Below are positions 27,694-37,544 of a DNA stretch of 64,000 nt, piece after piece; position 1 is the stretch's first letter; each line of letters opens with the position of its first letter. The notes beneath the pieces were generated by a model. The model made no database searches. It worked only from the letters and a program-made list of their open reading frames with translations, and was not told the origin of the DNA. This DNA comes from an uncultured delta proteobacterium (GTDB lineage: Bacteria > Desulfobacterota > RBG-13-43-22): assembly GCA_963843145.1 (NCBI GenBank), contig CAWJJC010000020.1:256001-320000 (forward strand), in the 5' to 3' direction. The translations under genes were made by a program, and so were the position numbers.

Positions 27694-28826
27694 GTGCGAA
27701 CGATTTATTTGCCCTTCATCAACGCATGCCCCGCAAAGTCAGGCTGGCCGATATTACGGTACGGGACGGATTTCAACATGAGGAAACCTGGATCCCCACG
27801 GAAGCCAAGATTTATTACCTGCAGGAACTGGCCGCGGCCGGGGTCAAGCGGCTGGAAGCCACCAATCTGGGAAATCCCCGTGTCATGCCCCAGTTCAAAG
27901 ACGCCGAGGAGGTCCTGAAGGCCATCCGCTCCGAAAATTTCTGTAAAAAGCTCAGTCGGAAGGGAATCGATCCCCAAGCCATCGAATGGACGGCCATTAC
28001 CATCCGGGAATCGGCCGTGGATCGCGCCCTGTCCCTGAAGGAACAGGGGGTTGGCCCCGATCGGGTCCTGATGATGGTCTCCACCGATGAAGAACATCAT
28101 TTTGCCAACAGCGCCCTGACCCTGCCCCAATACTGGAAAGAGGCTGAACGGTGCATAAAAAAATGCCATGACCGGGGGGTCAAGCTCTGCGGCACGATCA
28201 GTACCATCTGGGGGAGTCCCATCTCCGGACCTACGGATTTAAAAAGTGCCCTGGAATTCACCCGCCGCTGGTTGGACATCGGCGCCGACGATATCGAACA
28301 CGCCGATCATGACGGTTCCGCCCCTCCGGATCAGGTCTACCGCTATTTTTCCATGATCCTGGATGCCTTCCCCGATCCGAATCTCCACGTGGCCCATTTT
28401 CATGTGACCCGGGGCTGGGGATCGGCCAATGTGCTGGCCGCTTTGCAGGCCGGAATCAACATCTTTGAAGGGACCCTGGGCGGTATCGGCGGCCAGCCGG
28501 CCAATTTTCTGGATCGGACTCCTGTTCCGGGCACCGGCGCTTATTATTACCGGGACCCGAACATCGTCGGCCTGGTTTCCCTGGAGGATCTGTGCGTGAT
28601 GCTCGATGAAATGGGCATCGATCTGGACGGCATCGACATCAACCGGGTGCTGGAACTGGGCACTCTGATGGAAAGGACCGTCGGCCGGCGGCTTCGATCC
28701 GAGTCCATTTTAAGCGGCCGGATCCCGAAGACACCCCGCGAGGAATACCGCCGGCCCCAGTTGGCGGGGCTGAAGCAGAAAATGGGAGAACGACCCGGCC
28801 AGATCCTTCCGGATGAGTGGAGGTAA
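27690..28826 (+). CDS. HMG-CoA lyase-like DRE-TIM metallolyase (pyruvate carboxyltransferase domain)
   Basis: DITVRDGFQHE, ADHDG, HFHVTRG...ANVLAAL.AG, GGIGG. Confidence 0.85.
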   Translation: MSANDLFALHQRMPRKVRLADITVRDGFQHEETWIPTEAKIYYLQELAAAGVKRLEATNLGNPRVMPQFKDAEEVLKAIRSENFCKKLSRKGIDPQAIEWTAITIRESAVDRALSLKEQGVGPDRVLMMVSTDEEHHFANSALTLPQYWKEAERCIKKCHDRGVKLCGTISTIWGSPISGPTDLKSALEFTRRWLDIGADDIEHADHDGSAPPDQVYRYFSMILDAFPDPNLHVAHFHVTRGWGSANVLAALQAGINIFEGTLGGIGGQPANFLDRTPVPGTGAYYYRDPNIVGLVSLEDLCVMLDEMGIDLDGIDINRVLELGTLMERTVGRRLRSESILSGRIPKTPREEYRRPQLAGLKQKMGERPGQILPDEWR

Positions 28827-29866
28827 AGGAGATTAACGTGCCGCCCGATTTATGGTCCCTTTATGGGCTTATGCTGAAAAGCCGCTTGTTCGAAGAAGCC
28901 ATTGCCAAACTGTGGCACGACGGCTTGATCTCCGGGGAGATGCATCTGGGAACGGGCGAAGAAGCCATCATCGCGGGGGTGGTTGCTAACCTAAAGGAAG
29001 CTGATGCCCTGGCTTTGGATCATCGGGGCACCGCCGCCTTGCTCATGCGGGGCGTAGACCCTGTCCTGGTGGCCCGCGAAATGCTCGGTTATGCCGACGG
29101 ATTGTGCGGCGGGATGGGAGGGCATATGCATCTTTTTTCCAAAGAGTACTTGGCCGCCTCTTCCGGTATTGTTGGGGCGGAAGGGCCGGCAGCCGCGGGC
29201 TTTGCGCTGGCAGCCCAGTACTCCCAACCCGGTGCGGTCGCCGTTGCCTTTTTCGGTGACGGGGCCATGAACCAAGGCATGTTGCTGGAATCGATAAATC
29301 TGGCCGCGGTTTGGAATCTGCCCATATTGTTTGTCTGCAAGGATGACGGCTGGGCCATTACCACCCCATCCGTCAAGATGACGGGCGGGGATTTAAATGA
29401 ACGGGCGCAAGGTTTGGGCGTCTCGGCTGTTGAAGTGGACGGTCGCGAGGTATCCGCGGTCTGGGAGGCGGCCCACGCCGCCATTGAAAGGGCCCGTTCC
29501 GGACGAGGGCCGACCTTCCTCCATGCCCGCTGCGTCCATTTGGAAGGTCATTTTTTGGGCTTCCAATTGGTCCGGATCGTGAACGATCCGCTTCGAGAAA
29601 TGCCCGGAATTGCCATTCCGCTCACAAAGTCCCTCTTGTCTCCTGGAGGGGCTGCCTGGCGCGATCGTCTGGCAGGGTTAAGAGCCGTTATGGCGTCGGT
29701 CCTCTCTTCGATGCGGGACCCGCGCCGGGATGCAGCTAATGATCCGGTCGCGCTTGCGCGCGCCACCCTGCAGTCGGACCCGGTGCGCTTGCAGGAACTG
29801 GAAAACCGGGTTGAGAAAGAAATCAGCGACGTGCTTTCATCTGCCCTGGCGGAGGTCCCGTCATGA
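28817..29866 (+). CDS. TPP-dependent 2-oxoacid/acetoin dehydrogenase E1 alpha subunit
   Basis: GEMHLGTGEEA, HRG, GGMGGHMH, FFGDGAMNQG TPP motif. Confidence 0.88.
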   Translation: MEVKEINVPPDLWSLYGLMLKSRLFEEAIAKLWHDGLISGEMHLGTGEEAIIAGVVANLKEADALALDHRGTAALLMRGVDPVLVAREMLGYADGLCGGMGGHMHLFSKEYLAASSGIVGAEGPAAAGFALAAQYSQPGAVAVAFFGDGAMNQGMLLESINLAAVWNLPILFVCKDDGWAITTPSVKMTGGDLNERAQGLGVSAVEVDGREVSAVWEAAHAAIERARSGRGPTFLHARCVHLEGHFLGFQLVRIVNDPLREMPGIAIPLTKSLLSPGGAAWRDRLAGLRAVMASVLSSMRDPRRDAANDPVALARATLQSDPVRLQELENRVEKEISDVLSSALAEVPS

Positions 29867-30873
29867 GAACCATGTTTTTCACCCAGGCCGTTGATGACGC
29901 CCTGGCCCAGGCCATGGCGGAAGACCCACGCATTATCCTCTTTGGTGAAGATATTCCTTTATTGCGGCGTAACCTGCTGGTCCGCTTCGGGCCCGAACGC
30001 GTGCGAGGCACTCCCATCAGTGAAAGCGCGTTTCTGGGAGCCGGCGTGGCTGCCGCCATGGCCGGACTGCGTCCGGTGGTTGAAATGTATATGGTGGATT
30101 TTCTCGGAGTTTGCCTGGATGCCCTGCTCAATCATGCGGCCAAGGTCGAGGCATTCTCAGGCGGCCAATGGACTGCGCCCGTGGTGGTGCGTGCGCCTTG
30201 CGGCGGCGGTTACGGCGACGGCGGGCAGCACGAACAGTCTTTGTGGGGCTGGCTGGCGCACATTCCGGGGCTGACCGTACTGGTTCCCTCTACACCCGCC
30301 GACGCGGGCGGCCTCATGCTGGCGGCGTTACGGCACGATGGTCCGGTCATCTTCCATGAGCATAAACTCCTTTCGGAGACCTGGCTTGAATTCCTGGGTT
30401 CAGGAGCGCGGCGCACGGTTCAGTATGATGTTCCGGCAGACGGGGCCAAAGGCGCGGTACCTCAACATTGGGAACCCCTCCCTATCGGCCAAGCCGTCCT
30501 TCGCCGGGCAGGGGGTGATGTAATTATCGTCAGCCTGGGCGTGGGTGTCCACCGCGCGCTGGAGGCCGCGCAGGCCCTGGAGACGGAAGGGATTTCCGCA
30601 GGGGTGCTGGACTTGCGAACCGTCTCTCCGCTGGATAAAACAGCCGTCTGCGAGGCGGTCGCCCGGAGTGGGCGTCTGTTAGTGGTAGACGAAGACTACG
30701 AGGGCTTTGGTCTCTCAGGTGAATTGTCGGCGGTGGTCTTGGAGGCCGGCCTATCTTGCAAGTATGCCCGCGTCTGCACCCAGACGACCATTCCTTATGC
30801 CCGTCACCTGGAAGACCAGTGTCTCCCCAACAAACAGCGCATCTGTGCCGGAGTTAGACAGTTGATGCGGTGA
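29863..30873 (+). CDS. 2-oxoacid/acetoin dehydrogenase E1 beta subunit
   Basis: FGPERV..TPISE, GLRPVVE, GGQHEQ, DLRT.SPLD. Confidence 0.9.
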   Translation: MRTMFFTQAVDDALAQAMAEDPRIILFGEDIPLLRRNLLVRFGPERVRGTPISESAFLGAGVAAAMAGLRPVVEMYMVDFLGVCLDALLNHAAKVEAFSGGQWTAPVVVRAPCGGGYGDGGQHEQSLWGWLAHIPGLTVLVPSTPADAGGLMLAALRHDGPVIFHEHKLLSETWLEFLGSGARRTVQYDVPADGAKGAVPQHWEPLPIGQAVLRRAGGDVIIVSLGVGVHRALEAAQALETEGISAGVLDLRTVSPLDKTAVCEAVARSGRLLVVDEDYEGFGLSGELSAVVLEAGLSCKYARVCTQTTIPYARHLEDQCLPNKQRICAGVRQLMR

Positions 30874-30932
30874 TTGTCAATAGTAGGCGAGGACCTGGGC
30901 TCGCAACGTGATCCCGCCCATTGCCCCAAGGG

Positions 30933-31025
30933 GGGCATAAGCGCTAACTTAAAAAGATTGTCATTCCGGCGAAAGCCGGAATGACAACATAGAAATCGTC
31001 ACCTTTTAAGTTAGCGCGTATGCCC
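30933..31025. mobile_element. MITE with 22-bp TIRs enclosing a REP-like GTCATTCCGGC-GAAA-GCCGGAATGAC hairpin
   Basis: GGGCATAAGCGCTAACTTAAAA / TTTTAAGTTAGCGCGTATGCCC (21/22); AAGGG direct repeat on both flanks; perfect 13-bp internal stem 30958-30987. Confidence 0.75.
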
Positions 31026-31102
31026 AAGGGCGGGCTCAGATTGATCGTCGCGTTTCGCATGGCCACATAGCGAGGAATCGCGGCGCTGGGTTCGTCCCGC
31101 GC

Positions 31103-31672
31103 TTAGCCTTCTGCTACCTTTTTAAGCAGCCAGGCCATTCGTTGCCCCAGTGTTTTTACCATCTGTATTCCCTCTTCATCCTTTTCGACCTCCCCGATAT
31201 TCCTGCCGATCCCGATCCCTCTCCCGACAATGACCATTTGCCCGGCCAGAAAAAAGTGGTTCATCGAATCAAGGGTATGTATTCCCCCGGTCCGACGCAA
31301 AGCGACGACCGAAGCCCCGACTTTATTCTTAAACAGGCCGCCGTTGGCCATGGATACAAATCCGGCCCGATCGATCAGGGCCTTCATCTCGGCGGTAACG
31401 TCGGCGAAATAGACCGGCGATCCCAGGATAATCCCGTCGGCAGCAATCATTTTTTCAATACATTCGTTGGCCAGGTCATCTTTGACGGCACACCGCTGAT
31501 CCTTATTGTCGAAACACTGGTAACAGGCAATGCAGCCGTGAATCTTCTTCCCGGAGAACTGGACCAACTCGGTTTCCAGCCCTTCATTTTCAAGCTCGCG
31601 GAGAATATGGTTAATGAGGATAGCGGTATTACCATCTTTCCTGGGACTTCCGTTGAAGGCTAAAACTTTCAT
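31103..31672 (-). CDS. Iron-sulfur flavoprotein (Isf)/flavodoxin-family protein
   Basis: GSPRKDGNT, CIACYQC.....C..KDD, GSPVYF, KALIDR. Confidence 0.9.
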   Translation of the reverse strand: MKVLAFNGSPRKDGNTAILINHILRELENEGLETELVQFSGKKIHGCIACYQCFDNKDQRCAVKDDLANECIEKMIAADGIILGSPVYFADVTAEMKALIDRAGFVSMANGGLFKNKVGASVVALRRTGGIHTLDSMNHFFLAGQMVIVGRGIGIGRNIGEVEKDEEGIQMVKTLGQRMAWLLKKVAEG

Positions 31673-31802
31673 GCGCTTTCCTTTCTTTCAGATCTGTTAA
31701 TTAAGATAGTTTCATAGATCGAGGGCTAGATAGAGACCTTTTCAAGAAGTACCGAACCAGATTAATTTTTTTAAAGTAGTTTTTATTACAGCCAAAAAAA
31801 AT

Positions 31803-32732
31803 TCAATTTTTCTTGGCTAGGCTTTTAAGAAAGCTTAAATATTTTCCCGCAGTTTCCTTCGGCTTTTCCAGCATGGGCCAATGGCCGCAATCTTTAATAA
31901 TCACCGTTTGATGATTTCTTAAGCCCATTTCAAAAACCGGGACGCTGGAAACATCAAGGACCTGGTCCCGATCGCCCCAGAGAATCAATGTCGGGGCATT
32001 GATGGCAGGCAATTCTTTTTCCAGGGAAAGTAAATCAGGGGCGATATCTTTTAGTTCCTTTTCGTAGAGACCTCGATTGGCTAAGGCCGTCCGGACCATC
32101 ACCTTTTTAAGAGGATAAGGTAAACCGGGCGGTTGAACGAAGATAATTCCCATTAACCGGGGGAAATCGTTCTTGTCTTTCAGAAGTAAGGGATTCTCCC
32201 CTTTTTCCCTCATTTTCGTCACCTTTGAATCTTGTAATGATTTAACCCCGGCGGAGTTAAATAACCCCAGGCTTAAGATTTGGTCGGGGAAGCGAACGGT
32301 ATATATCCCGGCAAAAAAGCCACCCATCGAGTTGCCCACAATATTAAATTTCTTTAAATCGATGGCTTGGGTGAATCTGTGCAAACGAGAAATCTGACTG
32401 GATAAATCGTAAGAAGCCTCGGCCGCTTTGGAGCTTTCACCGTAGCCGGGGACATCCGGGATCACCACATGGTACGCTTTAGTCAGGTAGGGCGCAAAGC
32501 GGATCCAGTTATCTTTATTGCCGGTGTAGCCATGTAAAAGTAATATAGTCGGCCCCTGGCCTCCTTCGAGATAAACAATAGTTTGATCATCAATTTTGAC
32601 TTCTTTTCTGGTTAGGCCGGCTTTGCTTCTGGCTATATCAATGAGATAGCCCGCGATCTTTTCGGGAAAAAAATAGTAGGCAGCAAAGGCGGCGGCAATT
32701 ACGACCAAGACTGCCACTAGAATTTTTTTCAT
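31803..32732 (-). CDS. Alpha/beta hydrolase (lipase/esterase) with N-terminal anchor
   Basis: LLHGY, PDVPGYG, GNSMGG nucleophile elbow, WGDRD, CGH. Confidence 0.9.
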   Translation of the reverse strand: MKKILVAVLVVIAAAFAAYYFFPEKIAGYLIDIARSKAGLTRKEVKIDDQTIVYLEGGQGPTILLLHGYTGNKDNWIRFAPYLTKAYHVVIPDVPGYGESSKAAEASYDLSSQISRLHRFTQAIDLKKFNIVGNSMGGFFAGIYTVRFPDQILSLGLFNSAGVKSLQDSKVTKMREKGENPLLLKDKNDFPRLMGIIFVQPPGLPYPLKKVMVRTALANRGLYEKELKDIAPDLLSLEKELPAINAPTLILWGDRDQVLDVSSVPVFEMGLRNHQTVIIKDCGHWPMLEKPKETAGKYLSFLKSLAKKN

Positions 32733-32979
32733 GTTGTTCTCCCGTTAGACCTGGAAGTATTACCCTAAGGATTCTATCCGCTTTGTTTCAGGCAAATTAT
32801 TGATATTCTATTGGAAGTATAAGACTCAGAAAAATGCGAGGTCAAGAGAAAAAGAATATTGGAAACGAATAGGCCATCCACTATACTATTTTAAAGAACT
32901 CATAGATGCTCCCTTTTACCGGGGCGCCCTCAGGGCTATCGTCGTATTCCAATCGGTTTGCTTACGGAGTCTGATCATC

Positions 32980-33210
32980 ATGAAAAACCTCCTACTATTC
33001 ATCAGCCTTGCGGCCCTAATGACCGGCTGCACCTACCTGGGGAACGTGGCCAAGCAGGTCCGCTATTCCAATCAACAGGGTCAGTCGCCCACCCAGCGTG
33101 TTTACAAACACATGATCGAGGTGGACAATTTTTTTGTTTTTGGATAAATCAAGAACAAAGCTGTTCTAAACCGGGAGGCCGTGGCAGTCATCGCCCTCTC
33201 CGACCGGAGC
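32980..33210 (+). pseudogene. Truncated lipoprotein gene fragment
   Basis: MKNLLLFISLAALMTGC lipobox; stop/frameshift at 33147, plausible continuation (KIKNKAVLNREAVAVIALSDR) ends abruptly. Confidence 0.5.
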
Positions 33211-33341
33211 AGATTGCAATGACAGGGATCCGGTCTTTTGTTGCCGCGACCCTATGCCCCCCACGGCCTTGGCAATATCCGGATCAGGGCACTAGCGGCT
33301 GATTCATACGAAATCCCGTGCCACACGGGAGAAAGCACCCC

Positions 33342-34158
33342 ATGCCCTACGTTACCGTTCGTGATCTCCGGATGTTTTACGAAATCCGAGGCACCGGCCC
33401 GCGCCTGCTCGGCATCGGCGGCACTGGTGGTGACTTGCGCCGTTTTCCGACCATCTTCGATATCCTCCCGGCCCAAAACTTCGAGATCCTCGCCTATGAC
33501 CAACGCGGCCTCGGCCGGACCTCTCGTCCGGACAAACCCTATACCATGGCCGACTATGCCGACGACGCGGAATGCCTTGATCGAGGCGCTGGGGTGGGAA
33601 CGGTGCCTGGTGGCGGGGTTCTCCTTCGGGGGAATGGTCGCCCAGGAGTTGGCCTTGCGCTATCCACACCGGGTGGAGCGCCTGGTCCTGGCCTCCACCA
33701 GCACCGGCGGGGCGGGCGGCGCCTCCTTTCCGCTGCACGAGATCACCGATCTCCCGGTCGGAGACTATATCCGCCGCCTAATCACCCTTAGCGATACCCG
33801 GCGGGACGCGGCCTGGCAGGCCGCTCATCCCACGCAATTCCAGGCGCTCTTTGACCAGATCCTCACCGGGATGCAGGTGAGCGCCGACGAACCCGGGCGC
33901 CGGACCGGCGCCCGCCGGCAACTGGAGGCCCGCGTCCGTCACGACACCTATGAACGGCTCCCTTTGCTGCGGATGCCGGTGTATATCTGCGGAGGGCGGT
34001 ACGACGGAATAGCGACACCCGCCGGCTTTGAAGCGCTGCGGAAACAAATTCCCGGGTCGCGGTTGGAGCTCTTTGAGGGAGGACACCTTTTTTTCGCCCA
34101 GGACCCGCGGGCGGTTGAGCGCCTCGGGGCGTTCCTGCGGGGAGAGCTCGACGAATGA
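33342..34158 (+). CDS. Alpha/beta hydrolase (PcaD-like), frameshifted near 33575
   Basis: MPYVTVRDLRMFYEIRGTGPRLL...YDQRGLG.....YTMADYADDA in one frame; LIEALGW...GFSFGG...GGH in the next. Confidence 0.8.
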
Positions 34159-34246
34159 TTCGGGAATACGGGAGATGGAAGCAATTGCCTTGAACCCTAG
34201 GGGCTAAGGAAATCCCCATGGGGTGGAATGGATATGAAAAAATTTC

Positions 34247-34547
34247 TCAGGCTAAAAATTGAAGGCCGACGCGATTATGGCTGCTGCCGGGTTCGACCCA
34301 GCGAACCTCTGACAAGGAGGGAATGAGGGTGTCCTGGGACGGGATGGGGATGTAGAGTTTAACCACATCACCCCGGTTCAAAGAGGCTGTAGTCCACATC
34401 CCGATGCCGTTGGTGCTGATGTCCACCCCGTCGCCGGTTAAGGTATTCGCTTGGGTTTGTCCCGCTCCGAGGACGGCCATCTCAAAATCTACCGGATAAG
34501 GGAAGATCGTTCCGTTCAAGGGTTCTTTTTTCCGGTTTGTTGACCAT
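34247..34547 (-). CDS. Stand-alone PilZ (c-di-GMP-binding) protein, 1-nt frameshift near 34511
   Basis: MVNKPEKRTLER (RxxxR) from ATG 34547 joins DISTNG (DxSxxG)...EVRWV...VGLQF after a one-base shift. Confidence 0.7.
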
Positions 34548-35234
34548 AACGCGTTTGTTTGTTGGGGGGTCAGTTAAGTAGTTAGCTCATTATATTTATT
34601 GATTTTAATTCAATTTTCGGGCCAACGAATTTTAAGGTCAACTATTCGAGAGCTACGCATTGCTCGCCAATCAGAAAGAGAGGACGTTAACTTACTAATA
34701 TTACTAAAAAGGTAGTTTAGTTTTCCCAGAATTCTACCCCGGCGTATCTGTTCTAATTTCTCCACGTCCCTTGGCCAGGGTTCGATTCAAATCGTAATCT
34801 AAATCGACAATCCATGAAATTTTCTTCAAGTTATCTTCCGTCTGTTAATTTAAAAAATAGGAAGATCAAAAGGTTAATGAATGGGTCCGCCGGTAATTTA
34901 AAAGTGTAAAAATTTCTGACGTTATTTCGGATTTTTAAGGCCTTTGGGGGACCTTAGGAAATAAATAGGCTAACTCATGAGGCAATAGCAAGAAAAAAAT
35001 GCAATCCCCCTATTTATTTTTCATCATCCGGAGGATCCCCTTTAAAGATTTGACCGGAATCGAGGCTCCTGCGGCCTTTCTGGAAACCAATCATTTGATT
35101 TACCCTAAGCCTGGCCTTCACCGGGATCCTTGAAAACTGGAACGGCAGCTCCCGGACCGGGTTCTGAAGGTCCAAGAAACAACCGAAAAAGTCATTGAGG
35201 TTTGCGGTGGTAAATTCTGGCCTGTGAATCTTGG

Positions 35235-36257
35235 TCAACCCACCCGCTCCAGATACAAAAACTTCCGGCGGACTTCATCCACGTTGAAAAACGTCCCGGT
35301 CTGCTCCACCTGGTGGACCAGTTCGACGATCTTGGCGTTCAGCGGTGTGGGCACACCATTCTTTTTCCCCAGCTCCACCACCTCCCCGTTCAGATAGTCG
35401 ATTTCCGTGGAGCGTTTCCGGCGCAGGCTCTGCAGGGTGGAGCCCAGCAGGGGCCAGGGGGTCTTCATCCGATCGACCCGGGCCGCCGCCACCTTGGCCG
35501 CCAGTTTGACCGGCAGGAAATTGATCAGACGGGTAAGGCCGACCGATACGTCCGGCAGGGATTCCAAACGGATGCCGGCCTTTTGAGCCGTTTTCAGCCC
35601 TTCGCGCATGACCCGGATGGCCAGAGCAGCCAGAAATGGATCTGCATAAACTTGGTGAAAAGTGCCGTCGATCAGGGCCGGCAGGGCGTTGTTCAGATTG
35701 GTAATCAGCTTCAGCCAGTGCGCGCCGCGGATGTTCTCCGAGACCCGGGTGGGGGTAGCCCGGTTCAGAATCTCGACGGCCTGTTCCAATAAAGAATCCC
35801 GGGGACCGAAGGGCCGGCCTACGATCAGGCCCCCTTCATACATCAAGGTCACCGAACCCGGGGCGAGGTAGTTGGCATGCAGCAGGACCACGGCGCTTAA
35901 GATTTTCTCCTTGGGCAGCAGTCCGGCGACCAGGTCGTCGCTGCGAACCCCGTTCTGCATCGTGACCACCGGCGCCCCGCTGACAAAAGGCAGGTTCGCC
36001 TGGAGGGCACCGACCACATCCTGGGTCTTCACCGCCAGCAGCACCAAGTCAGGCGTAAAAGCCAGCCTTTCGGCCACACCAATTTTTATCTGATGCTCCC
36101 CGGCATACCCATCCACCTTCAGCCCCTGGGTTTGAATGGCCTCCACTTGGTCCGCCCGGCCGATGAGGGTCACGTCCCATCCGGCGCGGTCCAGCAGAAA
36201 CCCCAAACCGCACCCTACGGCCCCGGCTCCGAGTATGGCGATTTTTTCCATTTTCAT
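35235..36257 (-). CDS. panE: 2-dehydropantoate 2-reductase (ketopantoate reductase) family
   Basis: IAILGAGAVG, LAVK, QNG, WLKL..N, STLQSL....TEIDYLNG.V, TPLN. Confidence 0.85.
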   Translation of the reverse strand: MKMEKIAILGAGAVGCGLGFLLDRAGWDVTLIGRADQVEAIQTQGLKVDGYAGEHQIKIGVAERLAFTPDLVLLAVKTQDVVGALQANLPFVSGAPVVTMQNGVRSDDLVAGLLPKEKILSAVVLLHANYLAPGSVTLMYEGGLIVGRPFGPRDSLLEQAVEILNRATPTRVSENIRGAHWLKLITNLNNALPALIDGTFHQVYADPFLAALAIRVMREGLKTAQKAGIRLESLPDVSVGLTRLINFLPVKLAAKVAAARVDRMKTPWPLLGSTLQSLRRKRSTEIDYLNGEVVELGKKNGVPTPLNAKIVELVHQVEQTGTFFNVDEVRRKFLYLERVG

Positions 36258-36445
36258 TTCCAGATTTCGTTGAACCAGTCCATCCCCCAGAAGGCCAGAC
36301 CGGCAAAGAACAGGTCCCAATTTTTTCGCTCGACCTCAACGGCGTAGACGTAGACCACCAAGGCAAAAAGAGTGATCGCGTACCACTGAAACAAGCTCCC
36401 GTCGCGCAAAATTTCGGCGGCCTTCAAGGCCGAAGCGGTTGGCAT
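36254..36445 (-). pseudogene. N-terminal fragment of a membrane protein
   Basis: MPTASALKA..ILRD...FQWY....A.V.YVY..E.....W....AGLAFWGMDWFNEIW ends at the panE start; looks truncated. Confidence 0.5.
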
Positions 36446-36491
36446 AAACCTTTTCCTTATTGAATAGGAAAATATCCTTTTCTTATCCGCC

Positions 36492-37178
36492 TTAGTAAGG
36501 GGGTTCGGCCGGACCGGTGTACCCACACATACCCATTCGGGGTGAATTGACCACGGGTATAGGTTCCCCGTAGTTGTCATGCGGATGGGTCCGGGCATGT
36601 TCAGCGCATAAAGCCCCGGTTAAGTCCTCTTCGAGACACTCCACACAAGTCCAGGCGGCCGGACTGCCGCATTCCATACATGCGCTTTCCGGCGGCAGAT
36701 TGCGCGCCATCAGGGCGATCGGCCGAGCGGTGGTCGGCTTTCCCTCCCGGGTGCCGACCACCTTGATTACCGTTTCAGACGAAGTTCCGAAATCGTAAAT
36801 ATGGGTGAGTTCGTCTCCCTCCAGAAAGACTTCGCGAATCTTCCGCCGCATAGAGATCTCGTCTCCTCGCCAACCCCCGAAAGAAAATTGACTCATATGA
36901 CCGCAGCACTCCAACCAGATGTACCGCAGGTAAGAATCAAGGTCCTTTAAGGTGCCGGAATCGCGCATTTCCAGATCCAGCCAGTAGTAAGGCTGCCAGG
37001 CATCCTGGACCCGAAGATGATAGAGCGTCTCCTTTTTGGCCTTCCCCTGTTCAGCCTTCTCGATGACGATCCTGCGCTGGGGGCAGACCGACAAATGCTT
37101 GGTTACACCGCCCTTAACTATTTCCTTTTCGCAGTATCCGCATGATCCTTTTGATTGTTTGCCACGAGGCATGGGCAT
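36492..37178 (-). CDS. Plasmid pRiA4b ORF-3-like protein with Cys/His zinc-binding motifs
   Basis: TLKDLD.YLR.IWLECCGHMSQF, YDFG, CxxC motifs, NSPRMG.CGY. Confidence 0.75.
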   Translation of the reverse strand: MPMPRGKQSKGSCGYCEKEIVKGGVTKHLSVCPQRRIVIEKAEQGKAKKETLYHLRVQDAWQPYYWLDLEMRDSGTLKDLDSYLRYIWLECCGHMSQFSFGGWRGDEISMRRKIREVFLEGDELTHIYDFGTSSETVIKVVGTREGKPTTARPIALMARNLPPESACMECGSPAAWTCVECLEEDLTGALCAEHARTHPHDNYGEPIPVVNSPRMGMCGYTGPAEPPY

Positions 37179-37309
37179 CTCCTTTTATGCTTTTCGTAGG
37201 GCAGGCGACCCCGCCTGTCACGCCTGAGGCGTGACGGAGTCGCCGCGACGAAAGACCACTTCGTCACTCGATATTCGGTGTTCGATATTCGAAATTTGTT
37301 TTTATTTTT

Positions 37310-37354
37310 ATACTAAACGCGGATAATTTCAAAAGTCAAGCGAGCTCTTGGCCT
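37310..37354 (-). promoter_or_regulatory. Sigma70-type promoter within a 45-bp duplicated element (copy 2)
   Basis: Minus strand TTGACT-N18-TAGTAT; 42/45 identical to 21590-21634. Confidence 0.6.
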
Positions 37355-37544
37355 TCTGGACTGTCCGAATATGGGAATTCCTTTGCAGCAAATGGCTGGC
37401 AAAGCTATGGAGACGAAAAATGCCTTCGGGCTAGAAGGAGTTTTCTCGATTTTAATTCTTTTCCGCATGTGGTTTATGGTAAGGCATAAACACCGGGACT
37501 GACCTTATCGAATAAATCGGAGTTTTTGAAAAAGGAGGTTGAAG

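Noticed and set aside
34655-34672. Sigma54 promoter for pilZ (TGGCGAGCAATGC on minus strand)
   Set aside because: GG-GC spacing is 8, not 10
37196-37250. GTAG-type REP with inserted GTCACGCC-TGA-GGCGTGAC palindrome
   Set aside because: Degenerate single instance with no RAYT transposase nearby; insufficient support
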